A stretch of 63,998 bases of DNA, counting the filler, from Diploschistes diacapsis (lineage: Eukaryota): the NCBI GenBank assembly GCA_023645945.1. It is 10 parts of 10 records of this genome, joined end to end, with 100 filler letters (N's around TTAATTAATTAA, not from the genome) between each part and the next. Parts side by side here need not be neighbours in the genome. Positions count along the whole stretch, not along the records: positions 12,759 to 39,286 come from JALAIB010000177.1; 9 more parts are not named here. The stretch is one strand, 5' to 3'. Made by a program: the position numbers and the translations under genes. Shown piece after piece: positions 24,485 through 37,719 of the stretch. The notes under the pieces are model-generated. The model had not been told where the DNA came from and did no database searches. It saw only the letters and a list, made by a program, of their open reading frames with translations. Positions within the stretch are counted from its first letter, which is position 1, and each line of letters begins with the position of its first letter.

Positions 24485-26090
24485 TTTCCTCATAAGCATT
24501 TTGCGCAGGTTTGGAGGTGCTGCTGGTTTGCTCAATCTTGGAGTATCATAATGATCCTTCTACTTTTCCATTGTTTCGATACCCATACTGTACTAGGCTT
24601 AGGAAATGGCATGTTTAATGTGAGTGCCGCATGCAGTTCGAGTTGAAACTTGACGTCAAGCATCTTTTTCCCAGCTTCTTCATCACAAACTGGCGTACGC
24701 ATATACATACACTCTTTTCGAGCTTTGAGACCGTCCTCAATAACTCCCACTCCCTTCCTCGTTATGTCGTCGAAAACCTGCCGATTGCAGAATTCGCGGT
24801 ATCAGCAAATTCACCCTTACGCAGTAATCTTCCGGGCTCGGCAACAACTCAAGGTCATTCAACGCTACTCCAAAGCTTCGGAACACAGTATGGAGTTCTT
24901 GGAGTTCTTGGGGGCCTTCCACGTCGACTCCCAAGGCGGCCCGGAACCTTCCGGTCGACGCAGCAGTACGGTTCAAAAACTCCCAAACCAACGAGCTGTC
25001 CGTCTCTTCCACCAGCGCTTCTCTACTAAGATGTGACGGCTCTCTTTTAAACCTTTCGGTTTCTGGGTGCTTCACAAGATATTTTTGACAGGACTATTCT
25101 CAAGAGAAGCCTAGGTAGAAATCCTAAGATTCCCTCAGCTCATTATTGGGTCCAGGGTCAAGTCAAACTAAACTCGGAACTTTCCGGGATTCATGTGTTA
25201 GGTATCTACCCACCTACCATCCAAGAAGTGGGGCGGGTTTCCCCTTCCACAGCCCTTGCAAGCACAGGCCTCCAAACTGTGCTTCTCCTCTAATACAAAT
25301 ATTGCCCTCGCGAGTAGATGCATACGTAGTACCCAAGGAAGCTTGAATATCTTATCGTCCGTGATCGGCAGATTACCGAAATAGGTCTCGTGACCTTTGC
25401 TTCACCACACTGGTGATATGGCCCGTCTACCTATGGATCAGAAGCCGAAGCCTCGGGAGATGGTCGGTGCATCTGAGTTGCTGGACGTCGCAGCAGGCAC
25501 CGAATAGCTCCTGGATGAACTCCGATGCATTCATGCTATAAACACAGCTGCAGGAACAAGTGGCTGCGAGACACCGGGAGACGCTCCGAGTCTTTCATGG
25601 CGACATTGGGAAGAGAAACCAAGATGAGCTAAATATAGCTTGGAGAAGGACTCTGATACAATCAATAGATAACAGCAGATAGCAGATAGTATCGAGATGG
25701 AGTCCATGCGTCCAAACTGCATTAGCATCAATCACTAAGAACCTCGGTGCATTCGTACACATATCGTCAACACATTACATTTTTGACGTCAGATGAAGAG
25801 CCTTCTGATCTCTTCAACAAATACCACTCAAATTAAAAGAGCTTCTCAAGCGATACTTCACTTTATCCAAACCAGATTTGGAACAAAGCCAAACTCAATC
25901 CGCCCATGAAGCTCAGTAACTCGGATACATCTGCGTCAGATAAGCACAAAGGCATCTGTCGACATATGCTACTCCTGCCGTCTCCTAGAGAGCCTTGGCA
26001 GCATATGCAACACCTGGAATCTTGAAAATAATAGCTTCACAGGCGCTTCAGCATTTCGAAAGCGTAAAGCATCAGTGCGCCTGCCTGTAT

Positions 26091-27786
26091 TCAGCTCTTG
26101 CTTTTTGCAGCTTTTGTCGATAGTCTCTTAGATGTGCCAGGAGCTGTAAAGGAAGTATCTGGTGTACTTTGTGGGTTATCCGGCTGGACGCTGGACTCTC
26201 CAGGTAAAGACTCTTCTTGCGTGGAATCATGATTCTCCACTCCTGCTGGTCTTTGAGGAGGATCGCTTGGCTCTGAAAGTAATGGGACTGCGAAATTAAC
26301 GTCAGACGGTATCTGATTGATAGCAGAACAGATCTTTTCGAAGTGCTTAGGCATCTATTTATCGTAAACATTCTTCGTGAACGTGTACGCGGTCCATTTA
26401 TCTTTGCCATCCAGCGATTGAACATCGAACGCGTGAATTAGGTTCCGAAAATAAGAAGTATTGGCTCCTTCGATAACAGCGTAGTGACCGTATATTCTCA
26501 CTGCTCGATGATCACGTGATAATGAGAAGGCCAGGACCTTGTCGATTCACTTCTTTCTCACGCTTTGCTAAGCGGAACAATTCACAGCTCTAACTGCAAG
26601 TGTCATGCTGTGAGTATTCTGCCGGTCTGCGATTTCAAGCCCTGCAGCTCCGGACTCGACTTCGCATGTCAAAAAAGGAAAATGCATCGACCGTGTAGCC
26701 ATAAAGTATGACTGATCCCCAAACAGCCGGTCGCCGATAAATGGTGACAACTTATTGAGCTGATCCTCCGCAAAAGCACCACGCCTGAATCCGACGGAGT
26801 AGTCGGGCTGTGGGTGTTCCCCAGTTAGAGGCATAGAATTGTTCCATCCCTCGTTGATACTTTCAATCAAGCATTCGAATTTCTTATCACCGTATATAGC
26901 AAGTATTTCCGCAGCGGGAACGACCAATGGCGTAATATCCCTCAAGATCCTATTTTCATTCCTATTCAGCAGTCCATGGCACGTTTTCTTAAAGAGATCA
27001 TCGCGAAATAACGAGTCCCTGCGGACAACCTTCTTTGAGTGTAGCAAGTCAGAATTAATCTTTCCACTCTCTTCTGCAATTCCTGGCTCTGACTCTTCCA
27101 TAAAGCTTCTTTTGGTCTGAAGTACCTCTGGGTAGCGCGAGTTTCGATAGGGCGCACTCTTCTCTTCCCTTGACTGCTGATCAGTAGGCGTTACGGAAGT
27201 AGTATTCGAAGAGCCGGTTTCTGATCTTTCGCGTCGAAGTGTGGTAGATAACAACTTCTTTGCTCGTAGATAGTCCATTGCGTTGGGCCTAAAGTATTCC
27301 TCAGGCCACTGGTGATTCTTTCGCCAATAGTCAATGTTCTTAATTGATGCGTCTCTTGAGACGGTGGAGTTTTGTTCACCGAATTCTGTTTTCAATCAGG
27401 GAATTCAGAGACCTTTTTGATCGCTTTTGATCAGGAGCCATCTGGGATGTCGCAGAGCGAACGAACTCTGGGCTCGGTACGGTCGCTTTACGTTCTTTTG
27501 CTGTGGAGCAGTCAATGAAATCTACAGTATTTTAGCTTTAGTCGGCCTCAGCAATATAGAAAACTACATACCTCTTCGTGACAGTCCTTCTCCTCTAGAG
27601 CTAATGGCTCCTCCCAGGATCCGATTCAAACTCGGGCAATAAAAGGGTATTTTGGGAAAGAAGTTCTCTCAATTGTATTCCGTGGATATTCTTGGAATTT
27701 GGCTCCGCTGGCGGACCTTGATTTCCTTGTCCTGACTTTCGCCGCCAATACTTTGGCGCGGCTGGTCTATCGTGATGCTCGACCAT
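26091..27786 (-). pseudogene. Disrupted member of a widespread fungal accessory family (PQPDYSVGF..FPFLTCEV..IADRQN, putative restriction-endonuclease-like fold)
   Basis: The main fragment 26568-27395 continues after frameshifts as ELFRLAKREKE / LAFSLSRDHRAVRIYGHY...KNVYDK*MPKHFEKICSAI. At least two frameshifts and one in-frame TAG. Confidence 0.7.
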
Positions 27787-27984
27787 GGCGGGAATGGATG
27801 CATAGGTGAATGTATATCGCAGATGTACTTCAATCGAGCGGAAGACGCTGGTGGCTAGATGATTGGATTGTGTAGCTCCAATGAGTTTCATATGGACCGC
27901 AGATGGTGACAACGCTCAGTACGCCAGTTGCAAGAAGTGGAATTCCCGTAAACATTGGCGCCAATGATCCTCATAAAAGTATCA

Positions 27985-28075
27985 GGTTGCTGGCAGACCT
28001 TTTTCAAGGAAGGTCGTGGGTTCGACTCCCACTGCTGCCATCACCGCGAATATTCTTCACTCCGGGCTTGGCAAT
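27985..28075 (+). repeat. tRNA-derived (SINE-like) repeat, copy B
   Basis: Hairpin GACCTT..AAGGTC, then GTGGGTTCGACTCCCACTGCTGCCA (tRNA-Leu-like 3' half), then the tail shared with copy A. No intact 5' tRNA half. Confidence 0.6.
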
Positions 28076-28748
28076 ATGGACTAACCCTAAAGTGGCTAGC
28101 TATTTCCGGCACAATGGACGGCCCGTTGGACAAAGATGCGGGGTAGGGGGTAGTGGGGTATGGCGGGCTGGGTTTTCTAGGGATCAACCAATAAATGTGT
28201 ACAAAGATATTAGGGTAATTCAGCTTCAACTGACCCAATCAATCAAAGTCATAAAAGTCATCAAAACTTGCTCTTGCCCATATCAAACTCTAATATAGCC
28301 TGTACCTCCTATCAATATCATGCACCCGTGTCTGTGCTCGTTATTTTCATACTAAAACTTTGAGATAGATATAGCTATTCCAACATCAGTAAATAGTGAA
28401 GCATACTGTTATGAATAAATAGTTATATCCAGTACTACTATCGTATGGGCGTGCCGAATTTTTGCGCTATTTTCAGCAAGTTTGTAGACTGAAAGGTACA
28501 ACGATCAAACTGGAGCGGGCTATAGGACCCGGACCCAACTATACTCCGAATAACTACGATTGATAAGCTAAAATTGGTCAGCGATATTGATATTGCGCTC
28601 AACCTGCAACCTGATTACTAAATCGCGCAATAATAACTCATGTTGATTGTATATCAAATTACGTTTTCATCTTCAAACCCTATATATGTTATGGCACGAA
28701 GCTTATCTACCATGGTAATTCCCCTTATATTCTTATACGTTCAAGATC

Positions 28749-29560
28749 ATGCCTAGCACATCTCCAGTCATCCTCATTCTCGGCTCAGGGCCAAATATTG
28801 GAAAGCATGTGGCCCAAGCCTTTGCCGCAAAAGGTTACAAGGTCGCCCTCGCGTCAAGAAAGTCGAAGGAAGAAGATAATACTGAAGATCAAGTGAACAT
28901 CTCAAGTGACTTGTCAGACCCGGACTCTGTGATCCGAACTTTTTCAAAAGTCAAAGCATTGCTGGGTCTCCCAAGTGTTGTCGTTTATAATGGCAAGGAT
29001 ATTTCCTAATGCATGAAGGCTGAAGCCTCCACCGACATCCTTCTGACGTTCTTCAAGCTGCCGGGGCAACTCGGAACGATCCGAAGAGTCCATTATCCCT
29101 CCCTCTGGCCGACTTCATCCGAGATTTGAACATCAACACAACCAGCGCCTTCGTCGCTGCTCAGCAAGCGGCTCAAGTCTTCGAACAACTTCCTGACTCT
29201 GCATCGAAGACATTTATCTACACCGGAAACATGTTGAACATCATGACCATGGCACCAATGATGGATTTAGGTGTGGGAAAGTCGGCAACGGCGCACATCA
29301 TCCAATCTGCTGCTGCAGCTTACGCAGATCGAGGCTTCAAGTATGTATTTTCTTACTCCAATCTGTGCGCAACGGAATTGACAAGATACAGATTCTATTA
29401 TTGCGACGAACGTAAAGCTGATGGGTCACCTGCGTACTCTGCTATCAATGGAGAGGCGCATGGGAAGCTGTATGTTCAGCTCGCGGAGGGCAAGTCGCAG
29501 GGGCCTTGGCAACAGACATTTGTCAAAGATGTAGGATACAAGCACTTCCCAGCTGCTTGA
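28749..29560 (+). CDS. Short-chain dehydrogenase/reductase-like protein (3 exons)
   Basis: Rossmann motif ILGSGPNIG, VALASR, VVVYNA, NINTTS, FIYTGN, LGVGKSA, FYYCDER. The first intron (28993-29057) needs a GC donor. Confidence 0.82.
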
Positions 29561-30880
29561 TTCTTGTAAATTCCGTTGAGTAATAGTGAGAGGATACTGG
29601 CTGACATCTGCCTCCCGTTTGGCAGTATCAGCATCTAAGAGGAGGTAAGCGAATACCAACAGTGACTAGAATATTAACAATGAGCTTCGTAATAAGAGTC
29701 TATTCCAGAAATTATGTCCTTAAAGCTCCAAACAGACGTGGATGCTGAGCTCCTTGCCCGTTATACTAGCTACTCTTGTAGAGTCTTGAAAAAAAAATAT
29801 GTGCCTTGCCTATATTCTTTATCTTGTAGAGACATGGCACGGCTACTGTTATAGAGCTGCCGCAACATTCTTCATAATCAAGGGTTTTATTGGTCTGAAA
29901 TCCCGCCTTACAACTTGGAATCAGATTCTGGCAAAAGAGGTAGAAGGCGTTCATACCATAATCTCCCTTTAGTTGTTAGATCTAGGTATAGTTTAATAGA
30001 CATTGTCGATGCAAAAAGCAACTATAAGACAGACAAACAAGAAGAAACAGATGGAAACATAATAATTACCTGTTACCAAAGAAGCCGTGGTCTACAAATG
30101 CAAGCGCTATTACCACATCAAAAAATATTCGACAGGGAGCCACCCTTTGCTGAAAACAATTGAATGACTTGATAGGTAAAGACCTTCTGGAATTTGTTTA
30201 CCATCCTAAAGCTTGTGGACCACATATAAGCCCTAGAAGAAGCTCCGCCCTAATATGTATCTTGACGCTTGTGGGTTTTGAGTATCTGTTCCCCAATCCT
30301 TTTGGACGGTATTCCCGTGTGGGACAATCTTCAAGGCAACACACTCAAGAGTTGATGATCCGGGCAAGGTGCCTCGGATGAGTTTCTATCAGTAAGCTGA
30401 TCGGTTGGCAGAAATTGAGATTAAGTGGATTCAAGGTAGCGATTTGCTGGGTTTGATCAAGTAGACCTCAGCGTTCAGCTCCTTTCATCATTCAAGGTTT
30501 CATTTCCAGATAGCTCAACAGTTTCTAGATGTTCCTATCCATTTAATAAATGACTTGCATCTGCTCGTTTGTCCCATGAAAGGAACGTCTTGACCCTCGT
30601 GTGGCATAGGGAGCTGGATGTTCTGGTGCCGAGGACGGGGATGACTCAATGTAGACAGTAGGGTATAACAGGCGTATCACAAAGCAGCATGCAGAAATAA
30701 ACGAGAAACACCGTCTTGGTGGTATAAAACATTAAGAACCGTTACTATAAGTAATTGTAGTCTAGATTTTAGGGCTGAGCTTTAACCTCGGCTCAACCAG
30801 CGTCACCGTCACCCTACCGCGCCGGAGCTTTCTAACGCGTAGATTCAAGATGTTTGTAGGAAGCGGTTGCAAGAGTAATC

Positions 30881-33800
30881 ATGGAGGATCATGAAGCGAG
30901 GCCTTGGAAACGTCGTCGGCGGCGTGAAAATGCTACCCCGTTGTATGCTAAACTCTTAATTGATGAGCGTATGAAAGGCGATGTTGGGATCATCAACAAA
31001 GCGCTTTACGAGTCTCTATTCAGAACCGACATCGAGCAGGCCGCATCTGAAGTGCGATACATTGCTCTTTGTCCGTGGCCAGCTACATGCGAGAACCCAG
31101 TAGACGATCTCGACTGGTCTGTTCTTCCCGTCAATCTTGCGGAGTTTCCAGCTACAGGACCATCCGTCAAATTCTCTGCAAGATCTCTGGTCTTCCAGAG
31201 TTTTCAACGGCTGGTTCAGTCCAGTGCACTGCATGCAAAAAACACCAATAGTGTGGAGGTCCTAGCCCTCGACGTTCAGCCGCTGGAACTTGATACAGTA
31301 TTCTTAAGGGTAGATGGGGAAGCTATACGGAAACACCATGATGTTCAAAAGAAATTCGGTGGCGGGTTCACATCCTCAAACGCTGCTCATGGGTTGCCGA
31401 CAAACATCATAGGGGCCTCCAAGCGCTCAGGCGGTCAATCCAAAGATGTGAGCTCAACGCTGGATCCGCACGAGATTACAGAGCTGAAAGAAGCTGTACG
31501 ATCCTCTCTTGGACGTGTTTCGCTCATTCACCGTCATGACTTGGTTCCTTTGCCTCTTCCAAGTCATCCTATCACTCATGTGCCGTTCCCGCCAGTTGAA
31601 GTTCTGCTCTGCGAGCCAGTTTCACAAGGGTTAGTTTTGCCTAAGACAGAGATTGTGGTTGAGATAGATTATAAAGGCAAAGTTCGGAAAAAAGCCCGTG
31701 ATCACATACAACCAGATACTTGGAACGGTACAAGCCCCAGAAAAATCCTTCTCGGAGAGGACAGCGATGCAAATGATCAGTTTTATTCTGCTGCAGAGAA
31801 TGACGAGGACGAGGAACAGCAAGCAAGTTTGGACGAATCTGGGCCCGAAGGAGCAGAGAAGTCCGACTCCGATGAGACTTCCTCAGATGATAATTCACCC
31901 GATAACATGATCTCTCTGAGTTCTCCAATGTTGCCGCCTCAAGCATCCGGTATCCTATCTTCACGGACTGCTGCAACGCCGCGCCCTTTCGGGGCAAGAG
32001 CAACAGGAGCCAACTCACCAGGATCAGTCCATTCCAGCTTCACGGCTACTACAGCAAATCCACGTGGTCAACAAGGACGTCCGTTTCGGCTCAGGCCACT
32101 TGTCGCACCAGTACCAGACTTCATTTTGCATCCGCGGCCCAAGCCGGACGAGGACAACGAGGCTAGAGTCTTCGTCGACGTCAAAATGCTCGTTCGCCTT
32201 GGCTGCTTCTCTGGCGACTGGGTAAGGCTAAACACCACGGTAAGCACAGGCGCAGACCAACAATGGGATATGGCAGCCTTTGCAGATGACAATGCTATGG
32301 AAACCTTCAGGCCTGTTAAAGTCTACGGGCTTTCGGAATTGAACAGCGACGGCATGTCTCACTATCCGAAGACTGTATCTGCGCGCCGCCAATCGCACCA
32401 CTCACTAGTACCTGCTTCGAGACCGCTGCCGTGTTGCTATGTGTCCCCGATTCTATTCGCGAATCTTGGAGAGCCGTCCAAAGTTACTCTAACTCTTCTT
32501 TCCAGGCAGCCGCTAAAGGATCAAAAGTTCTCAAAGTCTAAAGTCCCAAGCTCGTCTATGCCTCCAATCGCCAAAGAATTGACCCTTTTCCGTGTTCCTA
32601 CGCCATTAGCCACTGAACGAGCAACATCAGCGGGCATATTCGCAAACCTCAAGTACTACTTTGAGTCTCGCCGTAGGTTTTTGCGGGAAGGCGATATGGT
32701 AGCTGTGAAGCTCGACGCGGCTATGAGCCGTATACTGTCTGACGGAGGCTTGGAACTCGAAGTAGATAGCGAACTTGAGGAGCTTCTCTTGAATATTGAC
32801 CCGAGTCAAGGTTCTGCTAGGAAATCAACTGACATTGCCTGGTTCAAAGTAGGGCAAATATCCGGCGTGTATCCCGATGACGTTCAAGCTGACACGGAAC
32901 CCGAAGTATGGGGCGGCATTGCGTCTGCCGAACCACTGACCACGAAGATGTTCCAAGCAGGGAGTGCATCTTCAAGGTTGCCATCGTCTCTGACTAATCC
33001 TTGGCCTTACTACCTTGGCTCACGGCGTCGTCCCGCGTATAACTCTTCCAGGCCTGGTCTACTACTCTCTCAGGAAAGCCTCCCAAAAAGACGTGTCTCC
33101 CTCATGCAGCGACGTGTGCGGGAACTCTTGGCTGCCGCCATGAGCCCGCAAGCATCCCAATTGAACGTCGAGCCTCTTGCGCTTTTATTGCATTCAACGC
33201 AACGAAACATAGGCAAGACACATCTCGTTTCCACTGCGTGTACTGACCTCGGGTTCCATTTTTATCCCATTGAGTCGTACAGTATATTGGCAGAAGGTCC
33301 CGGCGGAGGAGACGTAAAGACCGAAGGACATCTCAGAAAAAAGGTCGAATTCGCACTCACCTGTGGCGATGATTCGACAGTCCCTCTAATCAGACACGTG
33401 GAAGCCCTGACAGCCGAACGAATGGCATCAACACTTAGCGACCTGATCAAGGATGCAAGAGCTCTTGTATTCACCACCACCGAGCTGGACAAGATCCCTG
33501 AAACCATTCGTAGCCTCTTTACTCATGAACTAGAGATTCCAGCTCCTGACGAACGGGAGAGAGAAGGCATACTCAACGATCTGGTCGGCGACAGAGCCAT
33601 GGAGCTCGCGTTTGACGTCGACATGGCTAGCGTGGCTGTCAAGACCGCAGCTTTGGTCGCCGGTGACCTGGTAGATGTCGTTGAGAGAGCCTCCATCGTC
33701 AAACAAGAACGCTTAGAAGATCTAGCCACAAGGGCTGCCGAGTGTCTTGTTCGTGATGTTATCATCTCTGGTGGAGCTGCTGCACGGTGCGTAAACAAAG

Positions 33801-35221
33801 GGGATTTCGACATTGCGATAGACGTTGCCCGGAAGAATTTCGCAGACTCTATCGGGGCGCCCAAAATACCGAATGTGACCTGGCAAGACGTTGGGGGCCT
33901 GTCGCACGTTAAAGATGCTGTCCAGGAAACGATTCAGCTACCTCTGGAACGGCCCGAGCTTTTCTCAGAAGGCATGAAGAAGCGGAGCGGTATATTATTC
34001 TATGGACCTCCCGGAACAGGGAAGACTTTGGTGGCTAAGGCAATAGCAACGGAGTACTCGCTCAACTTCTTCTCCGTCAAGGGGCCAGAGCTTCTGAACA
34101 TGTACATAGGCGAGTCTGAAGCCAACGTTCGCCGTGTCTTCCAAAAGGCGCGTGATGCGAAACCATGCGTTGTCTTCTTTGATGAGCTGGACTCCGTTGC
34201 GCCAAAGCGTGGCAATCAGGGGGACAGTGGCGGCGTTATGGACCGAATCGTCAGCCAGCTCTTGGCTGAGCTTGATGGCATGAGCGACGGGAAGGGATCG
34301 AGTGGGGGCGTGTTCGTGATTGGCGCTACCAATCGCCCCGATTTACTCGATCAAGCCCTCCTGAGACCTGGAAGATTTGACAAGATGCTTTATCTTGGTG
34401 TTTCGGACACTCACGAGAAGCAGCTGACAATCTTACAGGCTTTGACCAGAAAATTTGCCCTGGATCCTGAGCTCTCCCTTCGGCGTGTGGCTGAGAAACT
34501 ACCTTTTACCTACACAGGTGCGGATCTTTATGCGCTGTGCTCAGATGCGATGCTCAAGGCTATCACAAGGCGAGCAACAGCCGTCGAAGCCAAGATCAAG
34601 AAGCTCCCTGGTGGACCTATCTCGACTGCTCAATTCTTCGATCATCATGCTACGGAGGAAGACCTCGCTGTCGTGGTAACCGAAGAGGATTTCTATGCTG
34701 CCCAGGGTGAGCTTGTCAGCAGCGTTAGGTATGTGTGAAGCAATGTCAGTTTCCGTCAGCGGATGGCTAACCTGAAGTTTAGCGCCAAAGAGCTTGAGCA
34801 TTATCGTCAAGTGCGTGAGACGTTTGAGTCCACATCGCTTAACTCTCCAGACGACATACAAGGAACCATAAAAGAGCCAGGTCCGAGAGCGATCAGAAGT
34901 CACTCAAAGCGGAAGTCTACGCCAACGATTGAAGCGCCAGGACATCTACGACCCAATGGCAAGCACAGTCTTCGAAAAGACAGCAAGGGCAAAGGCAAAG
35001 CCACAAAATGGGATATCGACGAAGCCGAGGACGACGACGATGATGATGATGATGACGAAGAAGCCTATGTCACCAGCAGCGACTACGGTGGAACTCCGCA
35101 AAAGCAACAATATCACTATGCGAATGGGTCAACAATGAGCACGAGCACTAAAGGCAAAGGGAAAGAGGTTGCCACCACCAGCAACTTTGAAGATGATGAA
35201 GACGACTTATACGAGGGTTAG
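30881..35221 (+). CDS. PEX6: Peroxisomal biogenesis AAA ATPase Pex6
   Basis: STQRNIGKT, SIGAPKIPNVTWQDVGGL, KKRSGILFYGPPGTGKTL, FFDELDSVAPKRGNQGDSGGVMDRIVSQLLAELD. One intron near 34729-34781. Confidence 0.96.
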
Positions 35222-37719
35222 ACAGGTCTTGGTATAGCTAGTGCTTGCTTTGCTACAGAAACGCCATGTATAGAGATTATTGGCAAGGTTTGGGGTTAGC
35301 ATCACGCGAAGACGGCTTTTCGAGATCATATTTGACTATCGGCTTGGCCGTCCAGGCTGTCAAGATAACAGCGAAACAGGAGAAAAGCAAAGATTGCTCA
35401 CCTAGACAGTCCAGCCCTGAGCGTGAGCATTTCGCTAATGGTCTTGCCAACTCCATGGACGGATAGTTGCATGACATACTTCTGCAAGGCTGCTGGCTTA
35501 TAGGTACAATTGTTGCCATCGACATTGCAACGACTCCACTTCTTGCACGGTGCCACTTTAGCTTATTGAATCACAGAGCCTCATCCCCAAGCTTGCACTG
35601 ACTTCAGCTTCCAGATCGAGTAGATATGAAGGATGAAATGACAGCTTGACTGGAGGGAAACCAAACAAGATTATACAAGAAAAATCTCTTCAGGTTGTTC
35701 GGTGGAAACAGGAGTCAAACCGCTTCTTATCAGCTCATTGGGCGTTGTGGCGCACATATCAAGAAGTTCACTTTGTGCCAGTCGCGTCGACACCGTTGGG
35801 CCAAGCGAACCGTGACCGGGGCTGCCATGTAACCTCGGTTTCATGTCCTCCAAGTCAAGTAGCTAACTGGACTGGATACGCACGTAATACCCCTAGCGAG
35901 GGAAAGACACACATTGATAGCATGTAGTTCCGTGGTAATCATGATGTCCACGGGTGTTTTTGCAAGCTCGTAGGAAGCCGCCGCAACTGAGCCTCCTGTC
36001 TGCTCTGTAGATCAATCGGAAGTCAATCAAAGCACACAATTTTGCTAATCAATTCTAATCCATTCTTCGGTTCTTTTGATTATATACTAACTACTCAACA
36101 CTTTCGGTTAATGTGTTTTGTTTTGTCTTGTCGAATTGAGTATTATATCCGAGCCATACTCGAATCAGAAGCCGAGGCTGACACACGTTGCAAGCACCGA
36201 TATCGGGCCAAGCCAAGTGTAGTATAGTATATATTCAATCCCGAGTATTTTTCCACCGCGGCTTTTTGAATACAGCCAAGTAAAATAATTAATGATTCCC
36301 ACCCATCATACAAACAATTTTGCTTGTGCTGGATTGTTGCCTTTTTGAGCCTGTATATTGATTGCATCATCACACCATCCTGGCTATTGGATCAAGGTTA
36401 CGTTACGTGCCTGAAGACGATTTTTTCGAGCATCCAATTATCCAATTATCCAATATAACATGTTGTCTGGCTAGTTCAGCATTTTACTTTTAGACTCTCT
36501 TTCCAAGCTTGGAGACAGGCGTTAAACATTGAAGCTATCCAAACCGCGGGGATGATTGAAATTTCCAGCTTCTAATGGGGTAAGTACTAGGAAAAAAGCT
36601 CCGGCCGGGGGTTGTGGTGGCAGTTTGGTGTGGTGTGTGGTGTGTGGTGTGTGGTGGTGGTGGTGGTGGTGGTGTGGATGGTGCCCCACTGATTGAGCTT
36701 ATTTTAACCACGTTCTTCAGTAGCCGGCTTTTATTGGTCCATTCTCACTACTCTCGCCAAGTCCACCTTCTCGGCAAGGTGAGAGAGCTTTCAGGGCTTC
36801 ATAGTCCATGTCGTCCTCTGCACTGTTGGACTGTGGACTGTGGACTGTGGACTCTGCAAAATGGAGTCTTGTCCCTCCGAAGGTGAGACGCTGCCTCCTA
36901 GCTTCACTTGGCCGCGGATACGAACTCTGCAGAACCAACGCCTGAAAGTCCTAAAGTCCTCATGGTGACTCGTAAAGGTATGCGGAACCGACACCTGAAA
37001 AGTCCTCATGTATACACCTACCTATCTCTTTGACAGCTGCAGGTAATAGTTGATGCAGCGAAGTGGGCAGAAACCCTGACGACGAGTAAACGGTGGTAAA
37101 TGGCCGACAGCAAACTCAAAAAGCCATCCACTGTGTGTCGGCCTGCCAACAAGAGATGAGAGATATCTTGAGGTACGTTATACTGCTACCACAGTACCTA
37201 GTACTTGTTACTCGAGCCAGAACCGGCCAACCAGTGTTAGAACTGAGAAACTGATGTGCACCTACTACACCTACTTCTGTCTGAACTTGGCCAATAAAAC
37301 AAGCTGCAGCACCTCGTGGTCTCTATGCGGCCCCCTCCCCCCCCGCCACTCCCTGCCACGAAACCTATCCTTAACGAGGCTTCACAATTTTGTTCTCCTC
37401 TTTTTTCTTTTCCAACTTCTGCCCATATGGAGATCTAGCGCATTGCGTTGTCTTGATAACCCGGAGCTGAGCTGCCGCGTTCCCTGGGCACGCTCTTGAC
37501 ATCTGATACGCCCCGTGGCCAAATTCGTCTACTGTGCCAAAGACCCACCTGCTCAAACATACTACTTAAACAATCCTGGCCTCCACAGACATGTTCCTCT
37601 CTTGACTTCTTCCAATAACGCAGTATATCCCCCTCCTCCCTACACAGTATACTTTTATACGCTGTCTCTGTGAATCATATCCTTCTCCGCCATCTCTTCC
37701 TGGCTTGAGCTACCCAGCT

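Noticed and set aside
26355..26357. TAG at an expected Trp codon as an A-to-I editing-corrected stop
   Set aside because: The same gene has frameshifts, so ordinary pseudogenisation explains it.
27900..28040. Intact long-variable-arm tRNA (Leu/Ser/Sec)
   Set aside because: Only the 3' half folds; no convincing D arm, anticodon arm or correctly spaced 5' acceptor strand.
28081..28090. CTAACCCTAA as a telomerase RNA template
   Set aside because: A 10-mer adjoining a dispersed repeat in an accessory region; no pseudoknot or CR4/5 features could be identified.
35395..35560. Possible Cys-rich peptide exon on the minus strand (PCKKWSRCNVDGNNCTYK) with a plausible intron
   Set aside because: Could not build an in-frame model with a start codon and signal peptide.
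36625..36680. (TGG/TGTGG)n tract and associated small ORFs
   Set aside because: Low-complexity microsatellite in an intergenic region; the ORFs are spurious.
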